From the NCBI GenBank assembly GCA_965220975.1, contig OZ244855.1, positions 836,742 through 900,741 on the forward strand: a DNA stretch of 64,000 nt, written 5' to 3'. Made by a program: the position numbers and the translations under genes. Below the pieces are notes generated by a model that was not told where the DNA came from, searched no databases, and saw nothing but the letters and a program-made list of their open reading frames with translations. Shown here in pieces: positions 8,696 to 18,714 of this stretch (the first letter of the stretch is position 1; each line of letters opens with the position of its first letter). This stretch comes from Candidatus Poriferihabitans sp. Lineage in GTDB: Bacteria > Pseudomonadota > Gammaproteobacteria > Arenicellales > Poriferihabitantaceae.

Positions 8696-10798
8696 TTGAT
8701 CTTGCAATTTGATCGAGACCGACTGCTTCGTTTTCTGAATCCGAAGTCGATTGCCGTGGTTGGGGGGAGGGAATCGGAACGGGTTCTCGAGCAGTGCGCC
8801 AAATTGTCCTATCAGGGTGTCCTGTGGGCAGTCAATCCAAACCGGTCGGAGTTGGCAGGTATTCCATGTGTCAAACATGTTCAGGATTTGCCGAGGATTC
8901 CGGATGCCGTGTTTCTTGGTATATCCGCGGACCAGTCCCTGGATTATGTGAATCTTTTGGCAACGATGAATGTCGGTGGAGCGGTGTGTCTGGCATCCGG
9001 TTTCAAGGAGGTGGGCGGACTGGGTGAAGAGCGCCAACAAAGACTGGTTAAAGTAGCGGGATCAATGCCGGTATTGGGACCCAACTGCTATGGCTATATC
9101 AATGCAATAACTGGTGCCGCGCTATTTCCGGATCAGCATGGTCTGCATCGAGTTGATCAGGGCGTTGCGATCATAACAGCGAGCGGAAATCTTGGCATCA
9201 ACTTTACCCTGCAGCAACGGAATCTGCCGATTGCATGGTTGATTACCATTGGCAACCAGGCAGTGATGGGAATAGAGGATGCTCTTGAAGCGGCTCTGGA
9301 ATGCGCAGATATTCGTGCCATAGGGTTGCACATTGAAGGTCTGCTGGATGTTCCGCAATTTATCCGGATAGCGGAGCAAGCTCGAGAAAAAGGCGTTGTG
9401 ATCATCGTGCTGAAGGCAGGGAAATCGGAGATCGGCTCGAAAATTACGCATAGCCACACGGCATCTCTGGCAGGGGAATCGCGACTCTACTCGGCTCTCT
9501 TCCATCGATTGGGCATTGCTCAGACTGATACGGCCGAAGAATTTCTGGAGGCTTTGAAATTGGCTTATGTTCATGGCCCGCTTGAAGGTAATCGACTGGT
9601 TTCAATGAGTTGCTCAGGAGGGGAAGCTTCATTACTTGCAGATTTGGCGCTACATCGAAACGTGCAGTTCCCCACCTTCACACAAGAGCATCAATCACTC
9701 CTTGGTGAAACTCTCAATCATTATGTCTCCTTGTCCAATCCGCTTGACTACCATACATTCATTTGGGGCGATTATGACCGCACCTACCGGATGTTCTCGG
9801 CCATGATGGAGGGAGATTTTGATCTTTTCATTCTGATTATTGATTTTCCGGATCCCGAGTGCTGTGAGGATTCAGATTGGATAGGAACCGTGCAAGCCTT
9901 CGTCAAGGCTAGTCAGGAACAGCTGGTCAAGGCGGTTGTTGTGAGCAGCATTTCGGAAAACATAACTCGCAACATTGGTAAATACCTGATCGAAAACGGG
10001 GTCGCGCCATTGCAAGGCATGAGCCAGGCTTTGGCTGCGATTGAGTCACTGAGTCAGATCGGGATGAGACGGAAATTACCAGTATCGCCTCCCCGAATTT
10101 CATTGTTTGGTCAGTCTGCGTGTGCAGAAGATATAGAAAACCTGGATGAGCATGCCTCAAAACAATTGCTGGAACGCTGGCAGATCTCCGTACCAGCCGG
10201 GGAACGGGTGCATAGCGTCTCAGAAGCAGTAGAAACAATCAGTAAAATCGGATATCCAGTTGCCATCAAGGCCCTGGATGCCAATCTTGAGCACAAGACC
10301 GAGGCGGGTGCTGTTATGATTGGATTGACTGGAATGGAACAGATCAAGGCTGGAGTTCAACACATGCTTGAGAGATGGCATAGTGTGCGTGTTGAAAAAA
10401 TGGTGCATGACCATGTTGTTGAATTGATGGTCAGTATCAGCCATGATTTCCAGTTCGGTCATTTCCTGATGATTGGTACAGGTGGTACACTGGTCGAGAT
10501 GATAAAAGACAGTCAAGTATTGATGTTGCCAGTTGATGACGCACAGATTCTTGGAGCGTTGCACGCGCTGAAAATTTGGCCTCTTCTTGCTGGATATCGA
10601 GGACGCAGGCCCGCAAATGTAGAAAAGTTGGTCAGAACTATAAAACAGTTATCAGACATGATGAGAAAATTTGGCGAGAATATTTATGAAGTAGAGATTA
10701 ACCCGTTAATGGTAGGGGAATCGGGGGCAGTGGCTGCCGATGCTCTGATTCGAATTCGTAAAAACGGAAGCAGGCTATGGACGAATCAGAACCAGTAA
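8696..10798 (+). CDS. ADP-forming (NDP-forming) acyl-CoA synthetase: CoA-binding + ligase-CoA + ATP-grasp domains
   Basis: PKSIAVVGG CoA-binding N-terminus, SHTASLAG phosphohistidine-type motif, C-terminal ATP-grasp region (GYPVAIKA...). TTG start abuts the upstream stop. Confidence 0.7.
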   Translation: MILQFDRDRLLRFLNPKSIAVVGGRESERVLEQCAKLSYQGVLWAVNPNRSELAGIPCVKHVQDLPRIPDAVFLGISADQSLDYVNLLATMNVGGAVCLASGFKEVGGLGEERQQRLVKVAGSMPVLGPNCYGYINAITGAALFPDQHGLHRVDQGVAIITASGNLGINFTLQQRNLPIAWLITIGNQAVMGIEDALEAALECADIRAIGLHIEGLLDVPQFIRIAEQAREKGVVIIVLKAGKSEIGSKITHSHTASLAGESRLYSALFHRLGIAQTDTAEEFLEALKLAYVHGPLEGNRLVSMSCSGGEASLLADLALHRNVQFPTFTQEHQSLLGETLNHYVSLSNPLDYHTFIWGDYDRTYRMFSAMMEGDFDLFILIIDFPDPECCEDSDWIGTVQAFVKASQEQLVKAVVVSSISENITRNIGKYLIENGVAPLQGMSQALAAIESLSQIGMRRKLPVSPPRISLFGQSACAEDIENLDEHASKQLLERWQISVPAGERVHSVSEAVETISKIGYPVAIKALDANLEHKTEAGAVMIGLTGMEQIKAGVQHMLERWHSVRVEKMVHDHVVELMVSISHDFQFGHFLMIGTGGTLVEMIKDSQVLMLPVDDAQILGALHALKIWPLLAGYRGRRPANVEKLVRTIKQLSDMMRKFGENIYEVEINPLMVGESGAVAADALIRIRKNGSRLWTNQNQ

Positions 10799-11565
10799 AA
10801 ACCAGTGTTGACCAGCAAATATTAGAAGTGGTTCTGGATCGACCAAAAGCCAATGCAATCGATCAGCAGACCAGTCAGGAGCTCGGACGCGTGTTTGCAA
10901 ATTTCCGTGATGATCCGGATTTGCGTGTAGCTATACTTACGGGTCGAGGAGATCGGTTTTTTTGTGCAGGATGGGATCTGAAAGCGGCTGCAGATGGGGA
11001 AAGTGCCACTACTGATTTTGGAGTTGGCGGGTTCGGAGGTCTTCAGGAGCTTCCGGATTTGAACAAGCCGGTTATTGCCGCAATCAATGGCATTGCCTGC
11101 GGTGGCGGCTTTGAACTGATGATTTGTGCTGACATTATTGTTGCCTCAGAGCATGCAAGTTTTGCATTGCCGGAAATCAATGCCGGAACCTTGGCTGATG
11201 CGGCCGCCATAAAGCTCCCAAAAATGATCCCGCATCACATCGCAATGGAGATACTGCTTACTGGCCGTTGGATTGATGCTCAAGAGGCGGCGCAATGGGG
11301 ATTGGTGAATGAAGTGACTGGTCATGACAAGTTGCTTCCGCGTGCCAGGGAAATTGCTCAGGATTTGGCCGATGGACCTCCTTTGGTATTTGCTGCCATC
11401 AAGGAAGTGGTTCGCAAAACACAAAACATGAATTTTCAGCAGGCGCTTGATTTGGTTAACTCTCAATCCCTCCCAACGGTCAGAACACTGTATAACAGTG
11501 AGGATATGATTGAAGGCGCAAAAGCCTTTTCTGAGAAACGCAAACCGGTCTGGAAAGGTCATTGA
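10777..11565 (+). CDS. Enoyl-CoA hydratase/carnitinyl-CoA dehydratase (crotonase family, CaiD-like)
   Basis: FCAGWDLK, ACGGGFEL and EGAKAFSEKRKPVWKG motifs. It overlaps the upstream gene by 22 nt. Confidence 0.8.
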   Translation: MDESEPVKTSVDQQILEVVLDRPKANAIDQQTSQELGRVFANFRDDPDLRVAILTGRGDRFFCAGWDLKAAADGESATTDFGVGGFGGLQELPDLNKPVIAAINGIACGGGFELMICADIIVASEHASFALPEINAGTLADAAAIKLPKMIPHHIAMEILLTGRWIDAQEAAQWGLVNEVTGHDKLLPRAREIAQDLADGPPLVFAAIKEVVRKTQNMNFQQALDLVNSQSLPTVRTLYNSEDMIEGAKAFSEKRKPVWKGH

Positions 11566-11590
11566 GCTCAAGATACAGGTTTGAAATGAG

Positions 11591-12826
11591 ATGAACTTGT
11601 CTGGACAAAAAATAATCGCACGACAGCATGGTGCGATGGAATTTTCCGATTCGCCAGTTGATCTGAATTTAGTCAGGCGCTATCGACTCGAACGCATTCA
11701 TGAACAACTGAGAAAACATGATTACGCGGGTATATTGCTGTTTGACCAGGTTAACTGTCGATATGCTTCGGATGCAACAAACATGCAGATATGGTGTTCA
11801 CACTATGAAACCCGATGTGTCTTCATTGCGACGGATGGTCCACTGATATTGTTTGACTATGGAGATTACCCGCACCTTGCTGAAGATATTCCGACGATTG
11901 ATGAATATCGCGTGCATTCATCGTTCTATTATTTTGCCGCTGGTGGACGCTCGGCCGAAAAGGCGGAACAGTTTGCTGACGCGATTGCCGATTTAGTGAC
12001 TACTCATGGTGGCGGAAATCGACGGCTTGCAATTGACCGACTCTCTTATACTGGTTGCGAACCATTGTTGAGAAGAAAACTCTCGATTCATGACGGCCTT
12101 GAAGTCATGGAGTTAGCCCGTGCCATAAAATCCGATCAGGAATTAATATTGATGCAAAAGGCGATCAATGTATGTGAGCAGGGCATTCAATCAATGCGGG
12201 ATTCGCTGGAACCGGGAATTACCGAAAATGCCTTGTGGGCGAAATTGCATGAGGCCAACATATCCTTGGGAGGGGAATGGATTGAAACCCGCCTGCTCTC
12301 ATCCGGCCCTCGCACTTTCCCATGGTTTCGGGAAAGTTCAATGCGCGTTATCGAGCTGGGAGACATGGTCAGTTTTGATACTGATTTGATCGGTCCTTAT
12401 GGTTATTGTGCAGACATGTCTCGAAGCTGGGTATGTGGGGATAAGCCAAACGATGAACAACGTAGAATTTATGCCTATGCGTATCAGCAAATTCAGCATA
12501 ATGTTGCAATATTGAAGCCGGGCATGACTTTTGACGAGATATCAAGAGTAGCTTGGAACATACCAAAGGAATTTGGCAATAACAAGTACAGTTCATTGAT
12601 TCATGGTATCGGCTTAGCGGACGAATATCCGGGGATCAAGCATATGGATAAGCTCGTATCACATGGGTATGAGGGGACGATTGAAGTAAATATGACCCTG
12701 TGTATCGAGTCCTATATCGGTTCTGAGCGAGGCGGTGAGGGGGTCAAACTAGAAGAGCAGGTGGTGATCACGCCTGAGGGAGCGAAACTAATGACCCACT
12801 ATCCATTCGAAATGGATTGGTTGTAG
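11591..12826 (+). CDS. M24-family metallohydrolase (creatinase/prolidase fold), substrate unknown
   Basis: Pita-bread fold metal ligands appear present (FDTD...ADMSR, LIHGIGL, CIESY, KLEEQV); 411 aa. Confidence 0.7.
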   Translation: MNLSGQKIIARQHGAMEFSDSPVDLNLVRRYRLERIHEQLRKHDYAGILLFDQVNCRYASDATNMQIWCSHYETRCVFIATDGPLILFDYGDYPHLAEDIPTIDEYRVHSSFYYFAAGGRSAEKAEQFADAIADLVTTHGGGNRRLAIDRLSYTGCEPLLRRKLSIHDGLEVMELARAIKSDQELILMQKAINVCEQGIQSMRDSLEPGITENALWAKLHEANISLGGEWIETRLLSSGPRTFPWFRESSMRVIELGDMVSFDTDLIGPYGYCADMSRSWVCGDKPNDEQRRIYAYAYQQIQHNVAILKPGMTFDEISRVAWNIPKEFGNNKYSSLIHGIGLADEYPGIKHMDKLVSHGYEGTIEVNMTLCIESYIGSERGGEGVKLEEQVVITPEGAKLMTHYPFEMDWL

Positions 12827-12832
12827 TGCTCA

Positions 12833-13318
12833 ATGAATCATGTTGGCATTGAAGTCAAGCCAGCCACACTTTGCGACCCGCAAATCCTGCGTTTGATTTC
12901 CAAACTCGACAACTATCAGTCGAAGCTGTATCCGGCAGAATCGAATCATCTTGATTCGCCGCATGAACTCGAACAGGCCGATGCCTATTTGGTTGGTGCG
13001 TATCGATTGAATCATGCAGTCGGTATCGGAGTCGTAAAGATTATGACTGGAATGGATTATGGCGAGATCAAGCGAGTATATGTTGATGGTGAGAATCGAG
13101 GTCACGGTATAGCGACAATGATTATGGAAACACTCGAGAAGTATGCCAGGCATCAAGGATGTCAAAGCCTGCTACTTGAAACGGGCATACATCAGAAACC
13201 AGCGATCAGGCTATATGAGAGTTTGGGGTTCCGTTACCGCAATGCTTTTGGTAATTACCCTGTCAATGACCCGAATTCCATCTTCATGGAAAAATTGCTC
13301 ATTTCAATAGATGACTAG
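12833..13318 (+). CDS. GNAT family N-acetyltransferase
   Basis: The VDGENRGHGIATMIMETLEKYARHQG...LYESLGF core is typical of GNAT motif A/B. Confidence 0.7.
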   Translation: MNHVGIEVKPATLCDPQILRLISKLDNYQSKLYPAESNHLDSPHELEQADAYLVGAYRLNHAVGIGVVKIMTGMDYGEIKRVYVDGENRGHGIATMIMETLEKYARHQGCQSLLLETGIHQKPAIRLYESLGFRYRNAFGNYPVNDPNSIFMEKLLISIDD

Positions 13319-14015
13319 GCGCCATTGCATTGCACCCTCTGAAATGTGCTACCCCTGACTGGAAAATGGGAGGAGCGAACTTATCTTGAGAGAACGATAA
13401 AGCAACGAGATTTGGAATAAAATAACACCCCAGTTCCAGTCCGAAGTGCAACACTATCCCCGATTGCGAAACCCTGAACAGAGTTGTATCGGTGGGTATG
13501 GTTGCGAGTGCAAAATGAGCACCTGTATCTGACCATTCTGGTCAGTGGGAACCGGGGTTACAGTGAATTTCTGGAAGCCTTGAAAAACCGATGCAGCCCC
13601 AACATTCGTAGACAATCAATTCTTTTTTGGATGCGAGTGAGGGCTAGGATGCGGAAGACCCTCAAATTGAGAGTCACGAAAAGAGACTTGATTTCGAAAG
13701 ACTGGAATACGAAAAATACCATAATCCAGACCGATGAGAACAGAGTTTGCACATCTCCCGACCGCCATGAAGGCGCGGGAAGCATGTCTTTGAATATTTG
13801 GGGCAGAACAATGACAGTGAAATGGACAGGTTAGGGCAAATTCGTATTGATGTGCACATAGGTCACATGAATAACATTTCGGTCTCGTCAATGGAGGATG
13901 ATATCGATGAAATCATTGCTGCGACATTGATGTTGCCGATCATGCTCCCTTATATCAGGAAAAGCCGTCTCAATATCAAAAACCGGTTTAGATTTGCAAC
14001 AACTCAAATTGCCCA

Positions 14016-15728
14016 ATGAATCAAGGTTTCGTTCATGAAGAATATGACTATGTTGTAGTCGGTGCAGGCTCTGCGGGTTGTGTCATTGCAAGTCGACTGA
14101 GTGAAGAGGCAAGTTCCCGGGTTCTATTGCTTGAATACGGTGGATCGGATAGAAGTATATTTATTCAAATGCCCACTGCTCTATCGATCCCGATGAATAC
14201 GGAGCGTTTTGCATGGCAGTTTCATTCTGATCCAGAGCCAGGCCTCAATAACCGCCGTATGCACTGCCCGCGCGGCAAAGTCCTGGGAGGATCGTCATCC
14301 ATCAATGGCATGGTTTATGTTCGAGGCCATGCTCACGATTTTGATGAATGGGCCGAGGCTGGGGCTGATGGCTGGGACTACCGGCATTGCCTGCCGTATT
14401 TCCGAAAAGCGGATGATTGGAAATATGGATCGGATGATTATCGAAATCAGGGTGGACCTCTTTCCGTGAACAACGGTAATGAAATGGCGAATCCGTTGTA
14501 CAAGGCATTTATTCAGGCTGGAGTACAAGCGGGTTATGGGGAGACTGCAGACTACAATGGATATCTGCAGGAAGGGTTTGGACCGATGCACATGACGGTC
14601 AACAAGGGTATTCGGTGGTCGGCAGCCAATGCATACCTGAAACCCGCCCGAAATAGATCCAATCTCAAAGTGATAACCGGTGCATTGACGAAGAGGATTC
14701 GTTTGCAGCATCGGCATGCAACAGGTGTCGAGTACCGATGCGGGTCTGAAGACCGATTTGTTCAAGCTCGAAAGGAGGTGATTGTTTGTGCGGGATCGAT
14801 TGGTTCACCTCAATTACTCCAGCTGTCGGGTATTGGTCCGGGTCAAGTTCTGCAAGATGCCGAGATTGAAGTTCTGCATGATTTGCCGGGTGTTGGACAG
14901 AATCTTCAGGATCATCTGGAATTCTATTTTCAGTTTCGTTGCCGACAGCCAGTTACCTTGAATTCAAAGCTGGATTGGTGGAGTAAATTCAAAATCGGCC
15001 TACGCTGGAAAGTCTCCAAGACTGGATTGGGCGCTACCAATCATTTCGAGTCTTGTGCATTCATTCGCTCAGGATCGGGTGTCAAATGGCCCGATATCCA
15101 GTATCATTTTTTACCGGGCGCGATGCGCTATGATGGTCGAGCAGCATTCAAGGGTCATGGATTTCAGGTACATGTAGGACACAATAAACCTTTGAGTCGT
15201 GGACATGTTCACATGAAATCGAACGACCCCCTGGATAAGCCTTCAATCCAGTTCAACTATCTCGATAATGAGCATGATCGACACGTCTTCAGGCAGTGCG
15301 TGAGATTAACGCGTGAGATCATGGCGCAACCCGCCATGGATCAGTATCGAGGTGCTGAGATACAACCCGGAGAAGATGTGCAAAGCGATGAGGAAATTGA
15401 TGCATGGGTTCGCAACAATACAGAAAGTGCGTACCATCCTTCTTGTTCGTGCAAAATGGGGGCCGATCATCTGGCAGTTGTCGACCCGGAAACCCGGGTT
15501 TATGGTATTGACGGACTTCGGGTGATCGATTCTTCGATCTTTCCAGTGATTCCGAATGGCAACTTGAACGCACCAACAATTATGGTAGCCGAGAGAGCCG
15601 CAGATTTGATCAAGGGTCGGGGGATGCTTGCTCCCCTTGATGCTCCAGTTGGCCTAGTTGAAGATTGGGAACATCGCCAACGAAAAAGCAATGCCAAGCA
15701 ATCGCAATCAGAACCAGCTTTGGATTGA
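14016..15728 (+). CDS. betA: Choline dehydrogenase (GMC oxidoreductase)
   Basis: [24 protein letters not shown] motif, [14 protein letters not shown], and C-terminal HPSCSCKMG...[17 protein letters not shown]. Confidence 0.85.
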   Translation: MNQGFVHEEYDYVVVGAGSAGCVIASRLSEEASSRVLLLEYGGSDRSIFIQMPTALSIPMNTERFAWQFHSDPEPGLNNRRMHCPRGKVLGGSSSINGMVYVRGHAHDFDEWAEAGADGWDYRHCLPYFRKADDWKYGSDDYRNQGGPLSVNNGNEMANPLYKAFIQAGVQAGYGETADYNGYLQEGFGPMHMTVNKGIRWSAANAYLKPARNRSNLKVITGALTKRIRLQHRHATGVEYRCGSEDRFVQARKEVIVCAGSIGSPQLLQLSGIGPGQVLQDAEIEVLHDLPGVGQNLQDHLEFYFQFRCRQPVTLNSKLDWWSKFKIGLRWKVSKTGLGATNHFESCAFIRSGSGVKWPDIQYHFLPGAMRYDGRAAFKGHGFQVHVGHNKPLSRGHVHMKSNDPLDKPSIQFNYLDNEHDRHVFRQCVRLTREIMAQPAMDQYRGAEIQPGEDVQSDEEIDAWVRNNTESAYHPSCSCKMGADHLAVVDPETRVYGIDGLRVIDSSIFPVIPNGNLNAPTIMVAERAADLIKGRGMLAPLDAPVGLVEDWEHRQRKSNAKQSQSEPALD

Positions 15729-15758
15729 TGCAAGATGCCTGCAAAAGAAATCGGGAAG

Positions 15759-16559
15759 TCAAGCAATTTCAGGGTATCCAAGCTTGGTCGCGATATCTTC
15801 GAGTTCCATTATTCGGTGGTATATTCCAGAGTCGATGCATGAAAATTGTCGTATCGGCAATAATTCGGAACTCTCTTTTGGAAGATTGGCTAATCCTTCA
15901 TTCAATGCCGCTGTTATGAGCTGGGCATCTAGTTCATGTTGTCGATGAGCGATAAAGGGCAGTCCAGGTGTACTTTGCGTTTGCAACAGGATTTTGTATT
16001 CTGATGGATCAATCTCACCCAGATGCTTCGCAAGGCCGAAGCTGACTGCATCAATGGCCGCGATATCACCGATTTTATCTCGGATCATCAACATGCTTTT
16101 CAAGTGGGAACCACTTATCTTGACATCCCGAAAAAACCGGGAACCTGAAGCGATTCGACTGACTTCATGACGGAATACATTCATACCGCTGTTTGAGTCG
16201 GAGCAATTGATTATCGCTACGCTGTTTCTGAAATCCTCAAGCGTACCTCTTGAATCATTGGCTCTGGCCATGATCCAGCTTGAGTAATTCAAACCTGAGC
16301 ATCCATCGACAGCAAATTCAGGAACGGTGATTACTTCATGCGTGCTCAAAAAGTCATGCCAGAATGGGTATCCACATGTGTGACCGAGATACAGATCTGA
16401 AATTCGAAAGTCATTTTTCGTGCTTTGATAACGAATATCGAAAGTTCTGCCGGGTGATTGAGCTCCCAATTGATACAGGGACTTGAACAGGTCTTTCCAG
16501 ACATTCTGCAGGGCTGTGGAAAATGCATACATGCCACACAAAATTATCGGGTTGGACAT
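15759..16559 (-). CDS. PhnD/phosphonate-bd-like periplasmic-binding-fold protein lacking an obvious signal peptide
   Basis: AAGGAG RBS 8 nt upstream of the internal ATG at 16559. PBP-fold-like motifs (GSHLKSMLMIRDKIGDIAAIDAVSF). The N-terminus MSNPIILCGMY has no hydrophobic leader. Confidence 0.55.
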   Translation of the reverse strand: MSNPIILCGMYAFSTALQNVWKDLFKSLYQLGAQSPGRTFDIRYQSTKNDFRISDLYLGHTCGYPFWHDFLSTHEVITVPEFAVDGCSGLNYSSWIMARANDSRGTLEDFRNSVAIINCSDSNSGMNVFRHEVSRIASGSRFFRDVKISGSHLKSMLMIRDKIGDIAAIDAVSFGLAKHLGEIDPSEYKILLQTQSTPGLPFIAHRQHELDAQLITAALNEGLANLPKESSELLPIRQFSCIDSGIYHRIMELEDIATKLGYPEIA

Positions 16560-16708
16560 AGGTTCATGCTCCTTGAGATTTACGAAAATAACTTGCTTTA
16601 CTTGGCTCGAAACGTAACTCTCATGCGAGTGAGGAATCAAGCATCCTTATGATTAATCATACCAATTCCAGCACGATTCTTGTATATGGATACTGGGTTC
16701 CTTAAATA

Positions 16709-16733
16709 GAGTTCTCGGTACTGGGCGGAAAGG
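16709..16733 (+). mobile_element. Possible degraded IS256-family terminal inverted repeat at the left edge of GC-rich island 2
   Basis: In gagttctcggtactgggcggaaagg, the leading gagtt and the 12-mer tgggcggaaagg match the IS end at 60169..60205. It sits at the AT-to-GC transition. Confidence 0.3.
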
Positions 16734-17208
16734 CATGTGTGATGCGGGTTTCAGCCTGCGACCTGAAATCACCCAATGGGTGATCCTGCAGGCCTCTCGA
16801 AAATCACGCCCCGCAAGCCCCCGGGTACTCCCGTGTTCTCCATTTATGGATTGGGGTTTTTTCGGAAGCGTATTTCAGGAAGAGTCTATTCCAGTCCGTC
16901 GGTTTTCAGGCAGTTTGCACCCCGGTTCTACAGGGGAAGATCGGGCTCTGTACATTGCAGAGTGCGAGGTACATGTGGCAGATGCTGAAAACAGATGACA
17001 GAGGCTGGCTTTGGGCAGGTGAAAAAACAGGATGTCATTTTTGACGCGCCGCACTGTCAATATCCCCGTCATTTCCGGTTCATTCGCTTGATTTTCGGGC
17101 TTCCTGCGGCTACCGTCCCTCGAAACGGAACAGGAATATCGGGAGATCGGTCATGTTGACCGGTGATTCCCTGCCCTTGGTCCCTGTCATGACCTCTATT
17201 TGAGGATT

Positions 17209-17220
17209 GGGGGGGGGGGG
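17209..17220 (+). repeat. G12 homopolymer directly upstream of a TTGAAA hexamer, 72 nt before the 17292 start
   Basis: Counted directly from the sequence. Confidence 0.95.
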
Positions 17221-17291
17221 TTGAAAACCTGCCTTTTCCGCTTGAAATGGTTATAATTACCCGACCATCATTTCACCATCACTCTGAAAAA

Positions 17292-18086
17292 ATGAAAATG
17301 ACCATGATTACCCCCCCCCCCCCATGCGGCATCGCACAACTTAAGCGCCTGACGGCACTCGCCGCCGCCCTGGCCGCCGGTCTTGTCCTCCTGGCCGGAC
17401 CGGTTGCGGCGCAGTCATTCAGGTTCCCCGGCAACTTTGATCACCTTACGGAAGTCCAGCTGAACGAGGGCAGGGGCCTCGAGAACCCCGTGACCTCGCT
17501 GAACGGCTTCCTCACAGATCAAACCCCCGAAGCAGGGAGATTTCCGGCTTCTGTCACGAATCTGGACATCGAGGTCCTGGACTGGCCCGCTACCGCTACC
17601 CTCGGTGTGGGAGCTACATCCCGGTGTGCCTATGGCAGTGGAGATGCAACGCGTCTGGTCGGCTTCCACAACGCGACTGGCACGTATACCCATAATCAGC
17701 CCATCGCCACAGCCTGCACGTACTGGGGTCAGCCAAAATGCTCGAGAACAGTGACCGTTCGCGGAAGGACATACACGGCCAATCGTGGATCCCCTTCCTG
17801 TGACAGCATGGACAATGTGCCCATGAGCACCCGTATCGCCCATACCGGCATGTTCACCGTCCGGATCTGGGGCAAGGTGTGCTACACTTCGAACCTTGTA
17901 TGTCTACCGGCGAGGGAGCCAATACCAGCAAGAGGCGCGGGCAACATCAATACCAATGGGTATATCGCTACCTTCAAAGGCGGAGGCAACAATTGCGGCC
18001 CGGCCATCTGGCCCACGCCGGAGATGCGGGCTGCGGGCGCCCCGCCCTATGCCGCGTATTGTGATTTCACCTTTGATATAAGGTGA
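17292..18086 (+). CDS. Secreted Cys-containing hypothetical protein with B-type poly-C leader (in frame as sequenced)
   Basis: MKMTMITPPPPCGIAQLKRLTALAAALAAGLVLLAGPVAAQ looks like a signal peptide. GC-rich. The listed ORF start at 17247 is probably too far upstream; the exact ATG (17292, 17298 or 17304) is uncertain. Confidence 0.6.
   Translation: MKMTMITPPPPCGIAQLKRLTALAAALAAGLVLLAGPVAAQSFRFPGNFDHLTEVQLNEGRGLENPVTSLNGFLTDQTPEAGRFPASVTNLDIEVLDWPATATLGVGATSRCAYGSGDATRLVGFHNATGTYTHNQPIATACTYWGQPKCSRTVTVRGRTYTANRGSPSCDSMDNVPMSTRIAHTGMFTVRIWGKVCYTSNLVCLPAREPIPARGAGNINTNGYIATFKGGGNNCGPAIWPTPEMRAAGAPPYAAYCDFTFDIR
17311..17323 (+). repeat. C13 homopolymer within the leader coding region (translated TPPPP)
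   Basis: Counted directly from the sequence. Confidence 0.95.
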
Positions 18087-18248
18087 AGCAGTACTGGCCG
18101 GAACAGGGAAGGAGCGGCCTCGGTCGCCCTTTTCCTTGCCGCTCCCGCCAGCGCGAATGCCAATTCATGTAGCGGGAAAAGAACCATGGCGACCTGCTTA
18201 CAGGCAAGGAACTGCTTGTCGCTTCCGCTATGGCAGGATGATTGCATC

Positions 18249-18714
18249 ATGAGCGCGCAAGTTCAGACAGAACGCCATCCTCTTCCGACCGGCTGCCAAT
18301 CATTTCCTGATCTGGAAAAGAGGGTTGTCGCCATATTGACAAGACCCCCTTGATTGGGGAGATGATCGGACAGGGGCGACACCGCTTTCTTTTTCGGCCT
18401 CGTCGCTTCGGAAAGGGTCTGCCAGTGTCGATACCTTGCAGGAACTGCCTGAAGGGAATGAAGCGCTTTTCCAGGGCTTGGGTATCCACTCCCACTGGGA
18501 CTGGTCGGTCCAGGCATTCTCTTGTGTACGCGGCATGACCTTAAAACCATCGACATGTTCAAGCATGCCTGCAGCCATGGACAGTGTTTCGAATCGCGGT
18601 TCGTCAACTGGTCGAATGCATGCAGTCGCTACCGGGTGCCGAGACAACCGTCGACTGGCACATGGAAAAATGCCTGACGCAAATCCTGTCAGACGCGGCA
18701 AGCGAACGAGGTGA
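18249..18714 (+). pseudogene. Multiply frameshifted remnant of an AAA-ATPase_like (PF09820-type) protein
   Basis: Family-typical N-terminal motifs are split across three frames: LPTGCQSFPDLEK, then IDKTPLIGEMIGQGRHRFLFRPRRFGKGL, then STLQELPEGNEALFQGLGI. Confidence 0.4.
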
